DNA of 64,000 nt from Prochlorococcus sp. AG-418-I21 (GTDB lineage: Bacteria > Cyanobacteriota > Cyanobacteriia > PCC-6307 > Cyanobiaceae), in contig QCMA01000001.1 of the NCBI GenBank assembly GCA_003214115.1, positions 22,905 to 86,904 of the forward strand, read 5' to 3'. Numbering within the stretch: position 1 is the first letter of the stretch; every line of letters begins with the position of its first letter. The notes beneath the pieces were generated by a model. The model ran no database searches and was not told the origin of the DNA. It saw only the letters and a list, made by a program, of their open reading frames with translations. The translations under genes were made by a program, and so were the position numbers. Shown here piece by piece: positions 29,561 to 42,060 of this stretch.

Positions 29561-30109
29561 TCAAGCCATTTTTTGTTTGATATCAGAGGAAATGGTTTTT
29601 AAATCTCTATCAGCATCAATATATTCTAACAATGAGAGATCCTTAAAATATTGAATTAAGGGTTCTGTAGTTTTTTTATAAATATCAACTCTTGTTCTAA
29701 TTGTCTCTTCCGTATCATCTTTTCTCCCTCTTAAAAGCAAACGCTTAATTAGTACTTCTTCTGGAATATCTAAATAAAAAACTAATTCCAAAGGTTGATT
29801 TATTTCATTCAAGACTTCATTCAATGAATTTGCTTGAGATAAATTTCTTGGGTAACCATCTAGAATCCAACCACTATTATCCTTGACTAAATTTTGTCTA
29901 ACGATATTTAATACAAGTTCATCACTAACAAGTTCCCCGCGATTCATAATATCCCTTACCTGTATACCCAGGGTAGTATTCATTTCGATTTCTTTTCTTA
30001 ATAATTCACCGGTAGAAAGGTGTAAGTAAGAATTAGTTTGACTTAGCAATTCCGCTTGAGTCCCTTTCCCTGCTCCAGGAGCTCCTAAAAATAGTAAATG
30101 TTTCTTCAT
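29561..30109 (-). CDS. adk: Adenylate kinase (short form)
   Basis: [22 protein letters not shown]. Confidence 0.97.
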   Translation of the reverse strand: MKKHLLFLGAPGAGKGTQAELLSQTNSYLHLSTGELLRKEIEMNTTLGIQVRDIMNRGELVSDELVLNIVRQNLVKDNSGWILDGYPRNLSQANSLNEVLNEINQPLELVFYLDIPEEVLIKRLLLRGRKDDTEETIRTRVDIYKKTTEPLIQYFKDLSLLEYIDADRDLKTISSDIKQKMA

Positions 30110-31428
30110 TAATTGTTAATTAGTCCCTCATACCTTTGTGAGATAACATAAGTTTGAATTTGCTTAGAAGTATCTATAGCAACACCCACAAGAATAAGTA
30201 ATGATGTTGCTCCTAAACCTTGAAAGGTCTGTACATTTGTAGCTCTTTCTACTGCAGCTGGAATTATGGCTACTGAACCCAGAAATAATCCTCCCAATAA
30301 AGTTAACCTATTTTGTATACCTGATAGGTAATTTGCTGTATTAGTTCCTGGTCTAACTCCTGGTATAGCTACTCCTCCTTTCTTTAAATTTGAAGCTACA
30401 TCAACTGGATTGATAGTAAGAGATGCATAAAAATAAGAGAAACCCAAAATCAAGGAGAAAAATGTAAGAGCATATGGCCATGGATTAGAAGATCCTGGAT
30501 TTAAACTACTTGCCAACTTGATTAAGACTGGATTGCCCGTAAAATTTGCAACTGTTATAGGTAAAAAAATTAAAGCAGATGCAAATATGATAGGCATGAC
30601 TCCTCCTGCATTTAGTTTCAGAGGTAAATAACTTTGCCTTGTAGGAAGTAGTGTTGAATTTCCTATCTGCCTTTTTGCACTAACAATAGGAATGCGTCTT
30701 GCTCCCTCTTGGACAAAAATGATCCCAACAATTGTCAGTAAAAATACTCCAAGTAAAACTGCTATGCCTAAAACATCTCCTCTATCGCCAGTTTGAGCTT
30801 TTTCAATAGTTGAACTTAGAGCCTTAGGTAAAGTCGAAACAATATTCAAAAAAATTACCAGTGAAGCACCTTGACCTATCCCTTTCTCTGTAATAATTTC
30901 ACTAAACCACATTACTAACATTGAGCCAGTAACCAAGGCAATGGAGGTTTGCAAGACAAATGTAGTTTCACTTATCCCCTCAATAGCATATTGTCTGAGA
31001 ATTAAGGAAAAAATTATACTTTGCAAAAATCCCCATCCTAATGAAACATATCTAGTTATTTGAGCAATTTTTCTTCTCCCAGCTTCTCCTTCATTTTTTT
31101 GTAAATCTTCAAGAAAAGGCAACGAAGCTGTTAGAAGCTGAATAATAATTGATGCGTTAATGAAGGGAAGTATGCCTAATGCAAATATTCCCAAGGTTGA
31201 AATTCCTCCTCCAGTAAAAATATCTAAAAAACCTATTAATTGCCCCCCTTGATCTATAAAACTTTTAAAAGCGACCCTATCAATACCAGGCATAGGGATA
31301 TATATACCAAGTCTTACTAAAAGGAGAAGACCTAGAGTAGTTAAAACTCTACTCCTTAACTCTTTATTTAAAAATAATTGGGAAAGTATTTCAGAAGCGC
31401 TAGGATTTCTACTTTTGTTGACAAACAT
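30109..31428 (-). CDS. secY: Preprotein translocase SecY
   Basis: [40 protein letters not shown]. Confidence 0.98.
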   Translation of the reverse strand: MFVNKSRNPSASEILSQLFLNKELRSRVLTTLGLLLLVRLGIYIPMPGIDRVAFKSFIDQGGQLIGFLDIFTGGGISTLGIFALGILPFINASIIIQLLTASLPFLEDLQKNEGEAGRRKIAQITRYVSLGWGFLQSIIFSLILRQYAIEGISETTFVLQTSIALVTGSMLVMWFSEIITEKGIGQGASLVIFLNIVSTLPKALSSTIEKAQTGDRGDVLGIAVLLGVFLLTIVGIIFVQEGARRIPIVSAKRQIGNSTLLPTRQSYLPLKLNAGGVMPIIFASALIFLPITVANFTGNPVLIKLASSLNPGSSNPWPYALTFFSLILGFSYFYASLTINPVDVASNLKKGGVAIPGVRPGTNTANYLSGIQNRLTLLGGLFLGSVAIIPAAVERATNVQTFQGLGATSLLILVGVAIDTSKQIQTYVISQRYEGLINN

Positions 31429-31456
31429 TTTGAAGCTTACCTAAATTTTTAGAAAT

Positions 31457-31915
31457 TTATTTATTATTTATAAGCTCGCAGGATCCACCTGCGTCCTCAA
31501 TTTTTTGTTTTGCAACTTTTGTAAATGCATGAGCTTGGACTTTGAGCTTTACATTAATTTTTCCATTACCAAGGATTTTTAAAGGAAATTTGGGCTTGAA
31601 GATCAATCCTTTCTTAACTAGTGAGTCAAGGTTAACTGTATCGTTATCTTTGAAATCATTTAATTTTTCTAAATTTATTATGGAAAAGTTCTTTTGATTT
31701 ATTATTTCAAAGTGCTTTAATTTTGGAACTCTTCTATACAGAGGCATTTGGCCACCTTCAAAACCTGGACGTGTAGGTCTTCCAGAACGTGACTTTTGTC
31801 CTCTCATCCCAAAACCACATGATGCACCCTGACCGGCTGCAATTCCTCTACCCTTTCTTAATTTTTTCTTTCTCGAGCCAGAGTTTGATTTAAGTGTATT
31901 TAAAGTTGAAGTCAT
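31457..31915 (-). CDS. rplO: 50S ribosomal protein L15
   Basis: [27 protein letters not shown] 31915 preferred over the track start inside rpsE. Confidence 0.97.
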   Translation of the reverse strand: MTSTLNTLKSNSGSRKKKLRKGRGIAAGQGASCGFGMRGQKSRSGRPTRPGFEGGQMPLYRRVPKLKHFEIINQKNFSIINLEKLNDFKDNDTVNLDSLVKKGLIFKPKFPLKILGNGKINVKLKVQAHAFTKVAKQKIEDAGGSCELINNK

Positions 31916-31919
31916 AATT

Positions 31920-32540
31920 TTAAGAATAGAGCTGTTCAAGTGAGATGCCTCTCTCCCTTGAGGCAGATTTGTGTGTTCTTAATTGAGAAAGAGCAACCAT
32001 AGCAGCTCTTGCATTATTCAAAGGTGTTTTACTACCCAATCTTTTTGCTAGGACATTTTTTATACCGGCTAATTCTAAAACAGTTCTTATTGAACCACCA
32101 GCAATTACACCTGTACCTGGGGCAGCTGGTCTAATTAGTACATTAGCAGCACCATCTCGACCTTTAGATAAAGTCGGTATTGAATTATTTGGGGTTAAGG
32201 GAACCCTTACAAGATTCTTTTTACCATCTGAAACTCCCTTTCTCACAGCACCAATAACATCCCCTGCTTTACCAACTCCAACTCCAACTTGACCTTTCTC
32301 ATTACCTACAACAACAATTGCTCTAAAACTCATTTTTTTTCCACCCTTAACAGTCTTTGAAACACGTCGAATTTGAACAACTCTTTCTTGCCAATCAGAA
32401 TCTCTCTCTAGATTTTTTGAATCACCTCTTCTATTTCTTTTTCGATCATTACGATTATTCTTTTTTTGTTCTACGGGCATAGCTCCAGGAACGTTATCGT
32501 TCTTGGATTGGATTTCTTGTTTTGTTGGAGTGTCAGTCAT
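31920..32540 (-). CDS. rpsE: 30S ribosomal protein S5
   Basis: RVSKTVKGG; [12 protein letters not shown]. Confidence 0.98.
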   Translation of the reverse strand: MTDTPTKQEIQSKNDNVPGAMPVEQKKNNRNDRKRNRRGDSKNLERDSDWQERVVQIRRVSKTVKGGKKMSFRAIVVVGNEKGQVGVGVGKAGDVIGAVRKGVSDGKKNLVRVPLTPNNSIPTLSKGRDGAANVLIRPAAPGTGVIAGGSIRTVLELAGIKNVLAKRLGSKTPLNNARAAMVALSQLRTHKSASRERGISLEQLYS

Positions 32541-32556
32541 AGTAAAAAATTGAGAG

Positions 32557-32925
32557 TTAGAATTCTAGGCCAGCTTCACGAGCAGCGTCTGCAAGTGCCT
32601 TTACTCTGCCGTGATATAAATTACCTCCACGGTCAAAAATTACTTGCTTAATACCTTTTTTTATCGCTCTCTTTGCTAATAATTTTCCAACAATGGAAGA
32701 AGAATTACAATCAGAAGGTAATTTCTCAGATTTTTCTCTTAGTTCCTTATCAACAGTTGAAGCTGAGCAAATAGTTGTTTGAGCGCTATCATCTATAACT
32801 TGGGCATAAATATGGTTATTAGAGCGAAAAACAGACAATCTTGGACGCGTTTCATCTCCAATTAAGAATCTCCTTAATCTTCTATGTCTTTTTTGGGTTT
32901 GTAATTTTCTGGAAAGTTTGGTCAT
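32557..32925 (-). CDS. rplR: 50S ribosomal protein L18
   Basis: [16 protein letters not shown]; FDRGG..YHGRV. Confidence 0.98.
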   Translation of the reverse strand: MTKLSRKLQTQKRHRRLRRFLIGDETRPRLSVFRSNNHIYAQVIDDSAQTTICSASTVDKELREKSEKLPSDCNSSSIVGKLLAKRAIKKGIKQVIFDRGGNLYHGRVKALADAAREAGLEF

Positions 32926-32939
32926 TTTTTTAATTGGAA

Positions 32940-33479
32940 TTATTTTTTGCCAGATTTACCAGCTTTTCTGAGAATTCTCTCATCATGGTATTTAATTCCT
33001 TTTCCTTTATATGGCTCTGGAGGTCTAATTGATCTGATTTTTGCTGCTTCGTTGCCAACAATTTCCTTATCAATTCCAGATACGGTAACGTTTGTATTAC
33101 TCTCAACTTTGTATGTTATACCATCGGGGGGGACCATTTCTACAGGATGACTATATCCTGCACTTACAACTAGATTTTTACCTTTTACTTGTGCTCTTGA
33201 TCCAACGCCAACAATTTCTAGTTTCTTTGAAAAACCTTGAGTAACTCCTTCAACCATATTTGCAATTAAGGCTCTACATAAACCATGTCTCTGCCTTGAA
33301 TATATTTTGGTTGTAGTAGGACTTACGACAACAGTATTATCTTTCTTATCAAAACTAACTCCCTCAGGCATGATACGTTTTAACTCACCCTTTGGGCCTT
33401 TTACTGTAACTGTTAATCCATCAAAATCAACTGTAACTTTCTCTGGAATAAGTACCGGTGTTTTTCCGATTCTTGACAT
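32940..33479 (-). CDS. rplF: 50S ribosomal protein L6
   Basis: MSRIGK; [11 protein letters not shown]. Confidence 0.98.
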   Translation of the reverse strand: MSRIGKTPVLIPEKVTVDFDGLTVTVKGPKGELKRIMPEGVSFDKKDNTVVVSPTTTKIYSRQRHGLCRALIANMVEGVTQGFSKKLEIVGVGSRAQVKGKNLVVSAGYSHPVEMVPPDGITYKVESNTNVTVSGIDKEIVGNEAAKIRSIRPPEPYKGKGIKYHDERILRKAGKSGKK

Positions 33480-33491
33480 GATTAATTCTCC

Positions 33492-33893
33492 TTAATAAAC
33501 ATAGCAGAGGACTTCGCCGCCAATGCCTTGTTTCCTAGCATCGCGATCACTCATAACGCCCTTAGAAGTTGATATTATGGCAACTCCAAGACCTCCAAGA
33601 ACTTTTGGTAAACCTCTAGTATTTTTATATATTCTCAAACCAGGTTTACTAACTCTTTGCATAGATCGGATAGTAGGAAATTTGTTTTTACCACTATATT
33701 TGAGACCGAGTATTATTTGTGATTTATAACCTTCACCTTCTTCATTAATATCAGAAATGAACCCCTCTTTTTGAAGCACTTTGGCGATACTTAAAGACAT
33801 TTTTGAACCTGGGATTGTTGTGGTTGTATGCTTTTTTTGACTCGCATTTCTAATTCGAGTAAGCATATCTGAAATTGGATCGTGATTTGACAT
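33492..33893 (-). CDS. rpsH: 30S ribosomal protein S8
   Basis: [13 protein letters not shown]; SKPGLRIY; GGEVLCYV. Confidence 0.98.
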   Translation of the reverse strand: MSNHDPISDMLTRIRNASQKKHTTTTIPGSKMSLSIAKVLQKEGFISDINEEGEGYKSQIILGLKYSGKNKFPTIRSMQRVSKPGLRIYKNTRGLPKVLGGLGVAIISTSKGVMSDRDARKQGIGGEVLCYVY

Positions 33894-33902
33894 AGTTTTA
33901 AT

Positions 33903-34442
33903 TTAATTCTTACTAAAAGGCATTCCTAACTCTTGCAAAAGAGCTTTACCTTCTTGATCTGATTTGGCACTAGTGACAATGGTTATATCCATACCTCTTA
34001 TTGAATCTATTTTATCAAAAGAGATTTCAGGAAAAATCAATTGTTCTTTCACTCCAACGGTATAATTCCCTCTCCCATCGAAACTTTTTGGATTAACTCC
34101 TCTAAAGTCTCTTATTCTTGGTAAAGCTAGATTTATAAATCTCTCCAAAAAGGAATACATCCTGTCTCCTCTTAAAGTTACAGTACAACCAATCGGCATG
34201 CCTTCACGAATTTTAAAACCCGCGATAGCTTTTTTAGCCCTCGTTACAAGGGCCTTTTGTCCTGTAATTGTTGCCATTTCGTTTAAAGAGGCTTCTAGAG
34301 CTTTCGAATTTGAAGCTGCCTCACCAAGACCTCTGTTAACGTTGACTTTGACAACTTTAGGGACTTGATGAATATTTTTAAGACCAAGGTCCTTTAAAAG
34401 TTTTGGTCTTATTGATTCTTTGTAGCGATTTTTTAGAGTCAT
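33903..34442 (-). CDS. rplE: 50S ribosomal protein L5
   Basis: [27 protein letters not shown]. Confidence 0.98.
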   Translation of the reverse strand: MTLKNRYKESIRPKLLKDLGLKNIHQVPKVVKVNVNRGLGEAASNSKALEASLNEMATITGQKALVTRAKKAIAGFKIREGMPIGCTVTLRGDRMYSFLERFINLALPRIRDFRGVNPKSFDGRGNYTVGVKEQLIFPEISFDKIDSIRGMDITIVTSAKSDQEGKALLQELGMPFSKN

Positions 34443-34516
34443 AATTTTTTGTTAATTCTGGTCTTTGTCAGAATTGATAAATTAGGAAAAGTTGAAATCT
34501 GGTTTCTGATGAAAAA

Positions 34517-34873
34517 TTAATCAATTACTTCACCAGTTTTCTTCAATCTTCTTTTCTTAACCCCCTCTTTATCAATAAAGTATTCAATCTTACTTGTAAG
34601 ATTTTTATCCTTTGAAAAGAACATTACATTCGATGCATGTAAAGATGCTTCTTCTGTAAGTATTCTTCCAGTTTCTCCTTCCTGGGTTGGTTTTACATGT
34701 TTAGTCCTAAGGTTAATTCCCTTTACAACTACTCTATTTTCAAGTGGGATAGTTTTTAAAACCTCACCTGTTTTACCTTTGTCCTTGCCATTAATTACTT
34801 TTACCAAATCTCCAGTTTTAATTCTCATTTTTATTCTCTGGAAATTTTTCTTTTGCTTTAATGAATCCAACAT
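34517..34873 (-). CDS. rplX: 50S ribosomal protein L24
   Basis: [16 protein letters not shown] (KOW); HASNV. Confidence 0.97.
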   Translation of the reverse strand: MLDSLKQKKNFQRIKMRIKTGDLVKVINGKDKGKTGEVLKTIPLENRVVVKGINLRTKHVKPTQEGETGRILTEEASLHASNVMFFSKDKNLTSKIEYFIDKEGVKKRRLKKTGEVID

Positions 34874-35239
34874 TTAAATCACCTCCGGAGCAAGAGAAAC
34901 AATCTTTGTATAATTTTTATCCCGCAGTTCTCTAGCTACAGGACCAAAGACTCTCGTCCCTTTTGGATTTTTATCTTCATTAATCAATACTGCCGCATTG
35001 TCATCAAATCTGATTGAATTACCAGTATTTCTTCTTAATGTTGCTTTAGTTCTGACGATAACAGCTTTAACAACTTCAGATTTCTTAACTCCCATGTTAG
35101 GAAGAGCATCTTTTACAGTTGCTACGATTACATCTCCGACATGCGCATACCTTCTATTAGAGCCTAAAACCCTAATACATTGAAGTCTTTTTGCTCCGCT
35201 ATTATCGGCAACTGTTAAATAAGTTTCTTGTTGAATCAT
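34874..35239 (-). CDS. rplN: 50S ribosomal protein L14
   Basis: VADNSGAK; [12 protein letters not shown]; SLAPEVI. Confidence 0.98.
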
Positions 35240-35502
35240 TTTTTAACCTCCTTAGCCTGACTTGTTTTATTGAGAATCTCTTCTATTGCCCATCTTTTAT
35301 GAGCACTAAGCGGTCTAGTTTCTCTAATTTTAACTCGATCACCTAAAACACATGTATTTTCTGGATCATGCGCCTTATATCGTGTAGTTCTACTTACAAT
35401 TTTTTTATAAGTGGGATGGGGATATCTGTTAATAACAGCAACAACAACTGTTTTATCCATTTTGTCGCTGACAACAGTACCAATTCTTTCTTTAAGTGCC
35501 AT
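35236..35502 (-). CDS. rpsQ: 30S ribosomal protein S17
   Basis: [11 protein letters not shown]; ETRPLS..KRW. Confidence 0.98.
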
Positions 35503-35511
35503 AACTAATAA

Positions 35512-35730
35512 TTAATCAGAAGTTGTTTTAGAAGCAGATTGACTCTTACTGAGAGTGAGTAATTGCGCAACTTGTTTCTTGATAATTTTAAATTTATGAG
35601 TTTCATTGAGCTGTCTTGTAGCTTGCTTGAACCTCAAATCAAAAAGATCTTTTCGTAATTGGTCAATCTTTTCAGTAATTTGTTCAGAATTTAATTTTTT
35701 AAATTCCTTAAGTGACTCTGAGTTTTTCAT
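35512..35730 (-). CDS. rpmC: 50S ribosomal protein L29
   Basis: [12 protein letters not shown]; position between rplP and rpsQ. Confidence 0.95.
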   Translation of the reverse strand: MKNSESLKEFKKLNSEQITEKIDQLRKDLFDLRFKQATRQLNETHKFKIIKKQVAQLLTLSKSQSASKTTSD

Positions 35731-36209
35731 TGTTTAACCTCCTCTTGAGATTTTTTACTATTTTTTGTATTTTCTTGGGAGGAATTTTCAAGATTTTTAT
35801 CAATGGAGATAAATTTAGTTTTTACAGGAAGTTTGTATTGAGCCAGACGCATAGCTTCCTTTGCAGTTTCCTCAGTGATATCCTCACCACCCATTTCAAA
35901 AAGTATTCTTCCAGGTTTTACAACTGCGACCCAAAACTCTGGATTACCCTTACCAGAACCCATTCTGGTTTCGGCAGGTCTCATTGTAACGGGTTTATCA
36001 GGAAATATTCTTATCCAGATTTGACCACCACGTTTGATATATCTGGTCATAGCTCTTCTGCTTGCTTCAATCTGACGTGCAGTTACCCAGCCACAGTCTT
36101 GAGCTTGGAGAGCAAATTGACCGAATGCAATAGTATTACCTTTTGAGGCTACACCCCTCATTCTGCCTCTATGTTGTTTACGGAATTTAGTACGTTTTGG
36201 ACTAAGCAT
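35727..36209 (-). CDS. rplP: 50S ribosomal protein L16
   Basis: [12 protein letters not shown]; RMGSGKG. Confidence 0.98.
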   Translation of the reverse strand: MLSPKRTKFRKQHRGRMRGVASKGNTIAFGQFALQAQDCGWVTARQIEASRRAMTRYIKRGGQIWIRIFPDKPVTMRPAETRMGSGKGNPEFWVAVVKPGRILFEMGGEDITEETAKEAMRLAQYKLPVKTKFISIDKNLENSSQENTKNSKKSQEEVKQ

Positions 36210-36220
36210 TTTTATACCTC

Positions 36221-36952
36221 CTATGAATTCTCATTTGAACGATCCTCAAATTGCTGAGGTCTTCTACTAGCTTTCCTCTTAGGGCTCGCACCCACAGGGA
36301 TAGTTTGTTCTTCTTTAGGGAGAACTTCACCTTTGAAAACCCAAACTTTAATGCCTAGAACACCGTAAGTTGTATTAGCTTCACGTGTTGCATAGTCAAT
36401 TTCAGCTCTCAATGTATGTAATGGAACTCTACCTTCTCTAGTCCATTCAGTTCTAGCAATTTCAGCACCATTCAACCTTCCCCCTACTTGAATTTTAAGA
36501 CCTAATACTCCAGCCCTTTGAGCCCTTTGTAAGGCCATTCTTATAGTTCTTCTAAAGGCGACTCTTTTTTCAAGTTGTTGCGCGATATATTCAGCTAGTA
36601 AAAAAGCATCAGCATCTACGCGTTCAACTTCTACAACGTTTATTCTGACTTGCCTTGTTCTATCCCCTAAAGTTTTTTGAATGCCAGATCTTAATTCTTC
36701 AATCCCACTTCCTTGTCTTCCAACTATAACCCCTGGTCTTGCAGTTTTTAATTCAAGTTCCAGTTGGTCAGCTTTTCTAGCGATTAAAACATCGCTAATT
36801 CCTGCTGCTCCATATTTTTTTTGAATAAAGGTACGAATTTTAAAATCTTCTTGGAGAAGAATTGGATATGTTTTAGAAGTAGCAAACCACTTAGAGCGAT
36901 GCTCTTGTGTAATTCCTAATCTTAGTCCAGTAGGATGTATTTTATGTCCCAT
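36221..36952 (-). CDS. rpsC: 30S ribosomal protein S3
   Basis: MGHKIHP.GLRLG; [10 protein letters not shown]; [10 protein letters not shown]. Confidence 0.98.
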   Translation of the reverse strand: MGHKIHPTGLRLGITQEHRSKWFATSKTYPILLQEDFKIRTFIQKKYGAAGISDVLIARKADQLELELKTARPGVIVGRQGSGIEELRSGIQKTLGDRTRQVRINVVEVERVDADAFLLAEYIAQQLEKRVAFRRTIRMALQRAQRAGVLGLKIQVGGRLNGAEIARTEWTREGRVPLHTLRAEIDYATREANTTYGVLGIKVWVFKGEVLPKEEQTIPVGASPKRKASRRPQQFEDRSNENS

Positions 36953-37338
36953 TAGTTTTGTACCTCCGCATTAGTTTGAGTAGGAGCAGACTCAACAGAA
37001 ATACTGATGTGGCAAGTCTGTTTTTTAATTGAAAATGCTCGACCTTGAGCTCTGGGCCTATACCTTTTCATTACTGGACCACTATTAGCCCATGCAGATG
37101 AAATAACTAAGGTAGATGGATCCATTCCAAGGTTATGTTCTGCATTGGCAACCGCAGATCTTAGAACTTTAGTGATGGGGTCTGTAGATCTGTAAGGCAT
37201 AAATTCCAACATAATTAATGCATCTCTATAGGACCTACCCCTTATCTGATCCAAAACTCTTCTCACTTTGGAGGCTGATCCGCGAATGTAATTCCCATGA
37301 GCAATTGCCGTTTTTGTTGTTTCAGGTGTTTTTGTCAT
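36952..37338 (-). CDS. rplV: 50S ribosomal protein L22
   Basis: KVRRV.DQIRG; SAVANAEHN; RPRAQGRA. Confidence 0.98.
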
Positions 37339-37613
37339 GATTTTGCTCCTTTCTTATCTCTTATGTGACCTCGGTAAGTGCGCGTAGGAGCAAATTCACC
37401 GAGTTTATGACCAATCATTTGTTCAGTAATAAATACTGGAATGTGAGTCTTGCCATTGTGTACGGCGATTGTGTGGCCAATCATTAAAGGTAAAATCGTA
37501 GAAGATCTCGACCAAGTTTTGATAACAGACTTGTCATTATCAGTATTCTGTTTTTCTACCTTCTTGAGCAGGCTATCTGCTATAAAAGGTCCTTTTTTTA
37601 GTGAACGTCCCAT
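37335..37613 (-). CDS. rpsS: 30S ribosomal protein S19
   Basis: [10 protein letters not shown] (ATG 37613; the track extension overlaps rplB); [11 protein letters not shown]. Confidence 0.98.
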
Positions 37614-37650
37614 GATTATGTAATAGAAATTGAAATAATAAATGAAGTAA

Positions 37651-38514
37651 TCAAGAGTCTCTTCCTCCTCTACTCCTCTTAGAAACGCGACGGCGTCTTC
37701 GAACAACTAATTTATTACTTGGTTTGTTCTTTTTACGTGTCTTTAATCCAAGAGCTGGTTTACCCCATGGAGTAACTGGGCCTGCTCTACCAATTGGTGC
37801 TTTTCCCTCTCCTCCTCCATGTGGATGATCACATGGGTTCATTACACTACCTCTTACTTGAGGCCTTCTTCCAAGCCATCTTCTTCTTCCTGCTTTTCCT
37901 AAGCTAGTATTTCTTATTTCAGAATTACCAACTTCACCAAGAGTTGCGTAACATTCTTTTCTTACAAGTCTTACCTCAGTAGATGGGAGTTTTAAAGCAA
38001 CATAATCTCCTTCTTTTGCCATAACTTGAGCACTAGCTCCTGCGGATCTAACCATCTGAGCACCCCTACCTGCATATAACTCAACACAATGAACACTAGA
38101 TCCTAATGGCATAACAGAAAGTGGCATTGCATTACCATCTTCAATTGGAACACTTTCTCCAGATATGACATTTTGTCCGACTTTTACTCCTGCTGGAGCG
38201 ATAATATATCTTTTTTCCCCATCTTCGTAGAATAAAAGTGCCAGCCTTGCATTTCTATGAGGATCGTAGTGTATAGCTGCAACTTTAGCGTTGATGTTTT
38301 TTTTATCTCTTCTAAAGTCAACTAATCTATATTGCCTTTTGTGACCACCTCCACGATGACGACAAGTGATAACTCCACGATTATTCCTGCCTTTAACTCT
38401 ATGTTTTGAAACTATTAGTGATCTTTCTGGTTTTGCACTTGTTATTTCACTAAAGTCAGTAACTACTCTCTGCCTAGTGCCAGGTGTATAAGGTTTAAAT
38501 TTACGTATTGCCAT
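37651..38514 (-). CDS. rplB: 50S ribosomal protein L2
   Basis: RHRGGGHKR; [18 protein letters not shown]. Confidence 0.98.
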
Positions 38515-38526
38515 GATTAAAACTCC

Positions 38527-38829
38527 TTAAGATTCTGGAAAAAGTTGGATTTTGTCTCCTTCAGCAAGACGTACAATTGCCTTCTTGACCTGAGAACGTT
38601 TACCGGAAAATTTCCCGACTCTTCGAGTTCTCCTAGGAGGATTCATAGTGTTAACTCCTATGACTTTAACACTGAATAAGGCTTCAATAGCTGCCTTTAT
38701 TTGTGGTTTTGCCGCTCTATGATCTACTTCAAAAGTATATTGGTTCAGATCTAGTGCATTTGTAGCTTTCTCAGTAATAACTGGCTTTCGTATTACATCG
38801 GCTAAACGAGAATCGAATAATTTACTCAT
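38527..38829 (-). CDS. rplW: 50S ribosomal protein L23
   Basis: PVITEKA; KKAIVRL. Confidence 0.97.
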   Translation of the reverse strand: MSKLFDSRLADVIRKPVITEKATNALDLNQYTFEVDHRAAKPQIKAAIEALFSVKVIGVNTMNPPRRTRRVGKFSGKRSQVKKAIVRLAEGDKIQLFPES

Positions 38830-39458
38830 GATGCATAAACCTCCTGAATTTTATCTATCGCTGATTGACCTATTACCAATTTATTTGCATTAAGAATATC
38901 AAATACATTTAGTTGATCGGCGGCAATTAATTTTACTTTTTCAATATTATTAATGGATTTTTTTATAACATCGGACGGACTATCAAGAATAACCAAAACT
39001 TTTTCAGTTTTTTGTATACCTAATCGAGCAAGGCCATTGATGATGTCACTTGTTTTAGGCTGCTTTAGAGTAGATCCAAAATCTTCAACAGCCTTCATAT
39101 CAGATACTCTGGACATTAGTGCTGTTCTAAGAGCTAATCTACGCTCCTTACGATTCATATCAAGATTGTAAGAACGTGGCTTGGGTCCAAAAATAATTCC
39201 ACCACCAGGTCTTAAGGGTGTCCTAATTGATCCTTGACGAGCTCTTCCTGTACCTTTCTGTTTGTATGGTTTTCTACCGCCCCCACGAACTTCAGATCTT
39301 GTCAAAGTCGATGCTGTGCCTTGTCTTTTATTTGCTAGCTGCCTAAGGACTGCTCGATGGATTAAGTCTGACGATGAAGTTTGTTTAGCAACTGCCAAAT
39401 CAAGAGTAACTTTGCCGGATTTTTTACCATCCCACTTAAGAGTTTCAAGTGTTGTCAT
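38826..39458 (-). CDS. rplD: 50S ribosomal protein L4
   Basis: [13 protein letters not shown]; [11 protein letters not shown]. Confidence 0.98.
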   Translation of the reverse strand: MTTLETLKWDGKKSGKVTLDLAVAKQTSSSDLIHRAVLRQLANKRQGTASTLTRSEVRGGGRKPYKQKGTGRARQGSIRTPLRPGGGIIFGPKPRSYNLDMNRKERRLALRTALMSRVSDMKAVEDFGSTLKQPKTSDIINGLARLGIQKTEKVLVILDSPSDVIKKSINNIEKVKLIAADQLNVFDILNANKLVIGQSAIDKIQEVYAS

Positions 39459-40108
39459 GATTTTTCACCTCCTTTTTTGCCTACAACATTGTTTGGCTTA
39501 ATGTTGACAATTGAGCCTGGCTTACCTGGGACTGAACCCTTTACTACAAGCAAATTTTTCTGATCATCAATTTTTAGAACTAACAAACCTTTAGTAGTTA
39601 TCTGTTTTCCTCCATATCTTCCTGCCATTCTTTTTCCAGGATAAATTCGGCCTGGAGTTGTTCCTGCTCCTGTAGATCCAGGTGCTCTATGATTTTTTGA
39701 ACCATGACTCATAGGACCTCTGCTAAAACCATGTCTTTTCTGGTAACCAGCAAAACCTCTGCCCATAGATTTACCACTGATATCAACTTTTTGACCAACC
39801 TCAAAGTTTTTTACAGTTATTTGATTTCCAATTTCATAAGATGAATTTTCTTCAACTCTATATTCCTTCAAATGCTTTAAAAGTTCTTCACCTGATTTCA
39901 ACAAATGTCCCTTTTCAGGTTTACTCATATGCTTTTCTTTGGACAGGCCATAACCTATCTGAATGGCAGTGTAACCATCCAAAGCTGTAGTTTTCAATTG
40001 AGTGACACGGCATGGACCAGCCTCAATAAGAGTCACTGGTACCGCATTACCTTTGTCGTCGAACAATTGGGACATACCCAATTTCTTTCCTAAAATTCCT
40101 ATAGACAT
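39455..40108 (-). CDS. rplC: 50S ribosomal protein L3
   Basis: GKKLGMSQ; [12 protein letters not shown]; KGSVPG. Confidence 0.98.
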   Translation of the reverse strand: MSIGILGKKLGMSQLFDDKGNAVPVTLIEAGPCRVTQLKTTALDGYTAIQIGYGLSKEKHMSKPEKGHLLKSGEELLKHLKEYRVEENSSYEIGNQITVKNFEVGQKVDISGKSMGRGFAGYQKRHGFSRGPMSHGSKNHRAPGSTGAGTTPGRIYPGKRMAGRYGGKQITTKGLLVLKIDDQKNLLVVKGSVPGKPGSIVNIKPNNVVGKKGGEKS

Positions 40109-40320
40109 AAGACTAAATTAGGCTAGCACGTAATGATTTTTCAATTATCTAAAACCTTTAGTTTTTAGGGCGAAGTTAATAGAAAAACAATTAAATAAGG
40201 TTGAGACTTATCTAAAAACTAGATAGTATCTCTTGGGATAAATCCACCTGAATTTTTTAACGAAACGCTAAAAAATGTGAAGTTTTACAGAGGCTCGGCT
40301 AGCTTGCGAGCTTAAAAATT
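40109..40320 (-). promoter_or_regulatory. Putative structured 5' leader of the rplC operon
   Basis: Four stem-loops at about 40149-40168, 40203-40232, 40252-40276 and 40293-40311 in the spacer upstream of rplC. Confidence 0.5.
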
Positions 40321-40388
40321 CACTGAGTTACAATTGTACATCATCAAGTACCATAAAATAAAATAAAATAGAAATAAAGGTTATTTTT

Positions 40389-40865
40389 ATGCCATTACTG
40401 CTCACAGGGAAAAAGTTTCATAACGATTTAAAAACTAACAAATGTCTAGCAATTTTTGCTCCCCTTGAAGGTGGTTATGAAACTCGTCTTTTGAGGAGAA
40501 TGAGGGCCAAAGGCTTTAAAACTTTTATAACCTCAGCAAGAGGACTTGGAGATCCAGAAGTATTCTTGCTCAAATTGCACGGGGTTAGGCCACCTCACCT
40601 TGGTCACCAAAGTGTAGGAAGAAACGGAGCACTTGGGGAAGTGCAACAAGTAATTCCCCAAGCTTCTGAATTATTTAACGAAAATGATCAAAATAAATTA
40701 CTATGGTTGTTAGAAGGTCAAGTATTGTCTCAATCTGAATTAGAGAGCTTAATAGAGATTTGCACTCAAGATAACAAACTATCAATTGCTGTTGAAATGG
40801 GGGGTTCAAGAAAACTTGAATGGAAACCATTAAGTAATTATATTTTGGATGAATTTGAAAGTTAA
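40389..40865 (+). CDS. ndhN: NDH-1 subunit N
   Basis: PLEGGYE; SARGLGDPE; HGVRPPHLG; EMGG.R...W. Confidence 0.93.
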   Translation: MPLLLTGKKFHNDLKTNKCLAIFAPLEGGYETRLLRRMRAKGFKTFITSARGLGDPEVFLLKLHGVRPPHLGHQSVGRNGALGEVQQVIPQASELFNENDQNKLLWLLEGQVLSQSELESLIEICTQDNKLSIAVEMGGSRKLEWKPLSNYILDEFES

Positions 40866-40870
40866 ATTGT

Positions 40871-41878
40871 TTGATTAAAACCAAGAATAAAAAAGATAAA
40901 TGGATTAAGTTAATTTGTGGTGCCAGTAATGAAGATATTGTTGCCATAGAAGATTTATGTGCAATTTATACTGCTGCTGGTGTCGACTACATAGACGTTG
41001 CAGCAGAAGAATCTATAGTTTATGCAGCAAAAAAAGGAATCGATTGGGCAAAAAAAGTCTTTAAAAACTCCCCTGGATTAATGATAAGTATTAGTGATGG
41101 TAATGATATCCACTTTCGAAAAGCAAAATTTGATCCTTTAAAATGTCCTCCTAGTTGTCCAAGACCATGCGAAAAAGTATGCCCCACCTTTGCAATTGAT
41201 AATTTCGGAATTAAAGAGAGTAAATGTTATGGATGCGGAAGATGTTTAAATAGTTGTCCTCTAAATCTAATAAGTGAATATGAATATAATTTGTCAAAAA
41301 ATGATTTAGCATCAACACTTCAAAAAATAAGACCTAATGCAGTAGAAATTCATACAGAAATCAATCGGCTAGATTCTTTTACAAAAGTTGTAAGTATCCT
41401 TAAAAGTTCTGGAATGAAATTAGACAAGATATCTATTAGTTGTGGATTAAATCAATCTTTCAAAAAAGCCCAAGAGCCCAAAGATCTTTTGAAAGCTTTT
41501 TGGGAAAGATATGAAATTCTGAATGAGCTAGATATTCCCCTTATTTGGCAACTAGATGGAAGGCCAATGTCTGGAGATCTTGCTCCTACAACAAGTAGAG
41601 ATGCTGTTAAGTTGTTTGAAAAAATCGGTTCAGATCTTCCACCAGGATTAATTCAATTAGCAGGAGGAACAAATGAAAAAACTCATGAATTGTTGAATTC
41701 AAACAATCTCCCAGATGGAATAGCATTTGGAAGTGCTGCAAGAAAAATTATGCAGCCCCTTATTGAATTTGCTCACAAAAATAACAAAAAACTCTATGAG
41801 TATCCTGAAATAATGGGTTTGGCGATCAAAAAAGCTCAGAAATTTCTAGAGCCATGGAAATCGCGCTCATTCAAATAA
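40871..41878 (+). CDS. ldpA: LdpA iron-sulfur protein
   Basis: KLICGAS, D.HFRKA.FDP, CPPSCPRPCEKVCP and CYGCGRC...CP ferredoxin motifs, WQLDGRPMSGD, QLAGGTN. Confidence 0.9.
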   Translation: MIKTKNKKDKWIKLICGASNEDIVAIEDLCAIYTAAGVDYIDVAAEESIVYAAKKGIDWAKKVFKNSPGLMISISDGNDIHFRKAKFDPLKCPPSCPRPCEKVCPTFAIDNFGIKESKCYGCGRCLNSCPLNLISEYEYNLSKNDLASTLQKIRPNAVEIHTEINRLDSFTKVVSILKSSGMKLDKISISCGLNQSFKKAQEPKDLLKAFWERYEILNELDIPLIWQLDGRPMSGDLAPTTSRDAVKLFEKIGSDLPPGLIQLAGGTNEKTHELLNSNNLPDGIAFGSAARKIMQPLIEFAHKNNKKLYEYPEIMGLAIKKAQKFLEPWKSRSFK

Positions 41879-41972
41879 TATTTTTATTTTTCAAAACTAG
41901 CGCCATGTTTATAAAAAATTTGTATTTTTTGGATAGAAAAAAATCTTTCCATGTATTAAAATGGTAATTCAA

Positions 41973-42044
41973 TGGGCCGTCGCCAAGTGGTAAGGCATCG
42001 GGTTTTGGTCTCGACATTCCTAGGTTCGAATCCTAGCGGCCCAG
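41973..42044 (+). tRNA. tRNA-Gln(TTG)
   Basis: TGGGCCG/CGGCCCA acceptor stem, TCGGG-TT-TTG-GT-CTCGA anticodon arm, GGTTCGAATCC. Confidence 0.97.
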
Positions 42045-42060
42045 TTCTAATATTCAACTG

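Noticed and set aside
40326-40353. NtcA, LexA or HLR1 site in the rplC/ndhN divergent promoter
   Set aside because: Spacings (GTA-N10-TAC, GTAC-N8-GTAC, 8-bp repeat period) do not fit the consensus motifs.
41973-42060. Integration at tRNA-Gln (also checked tRNA-Arg at 54673-54746)
   Set aside because: Core genes begin or end within about 16 bp of the tRNA 3' ends; no foreign DNA or repeats.
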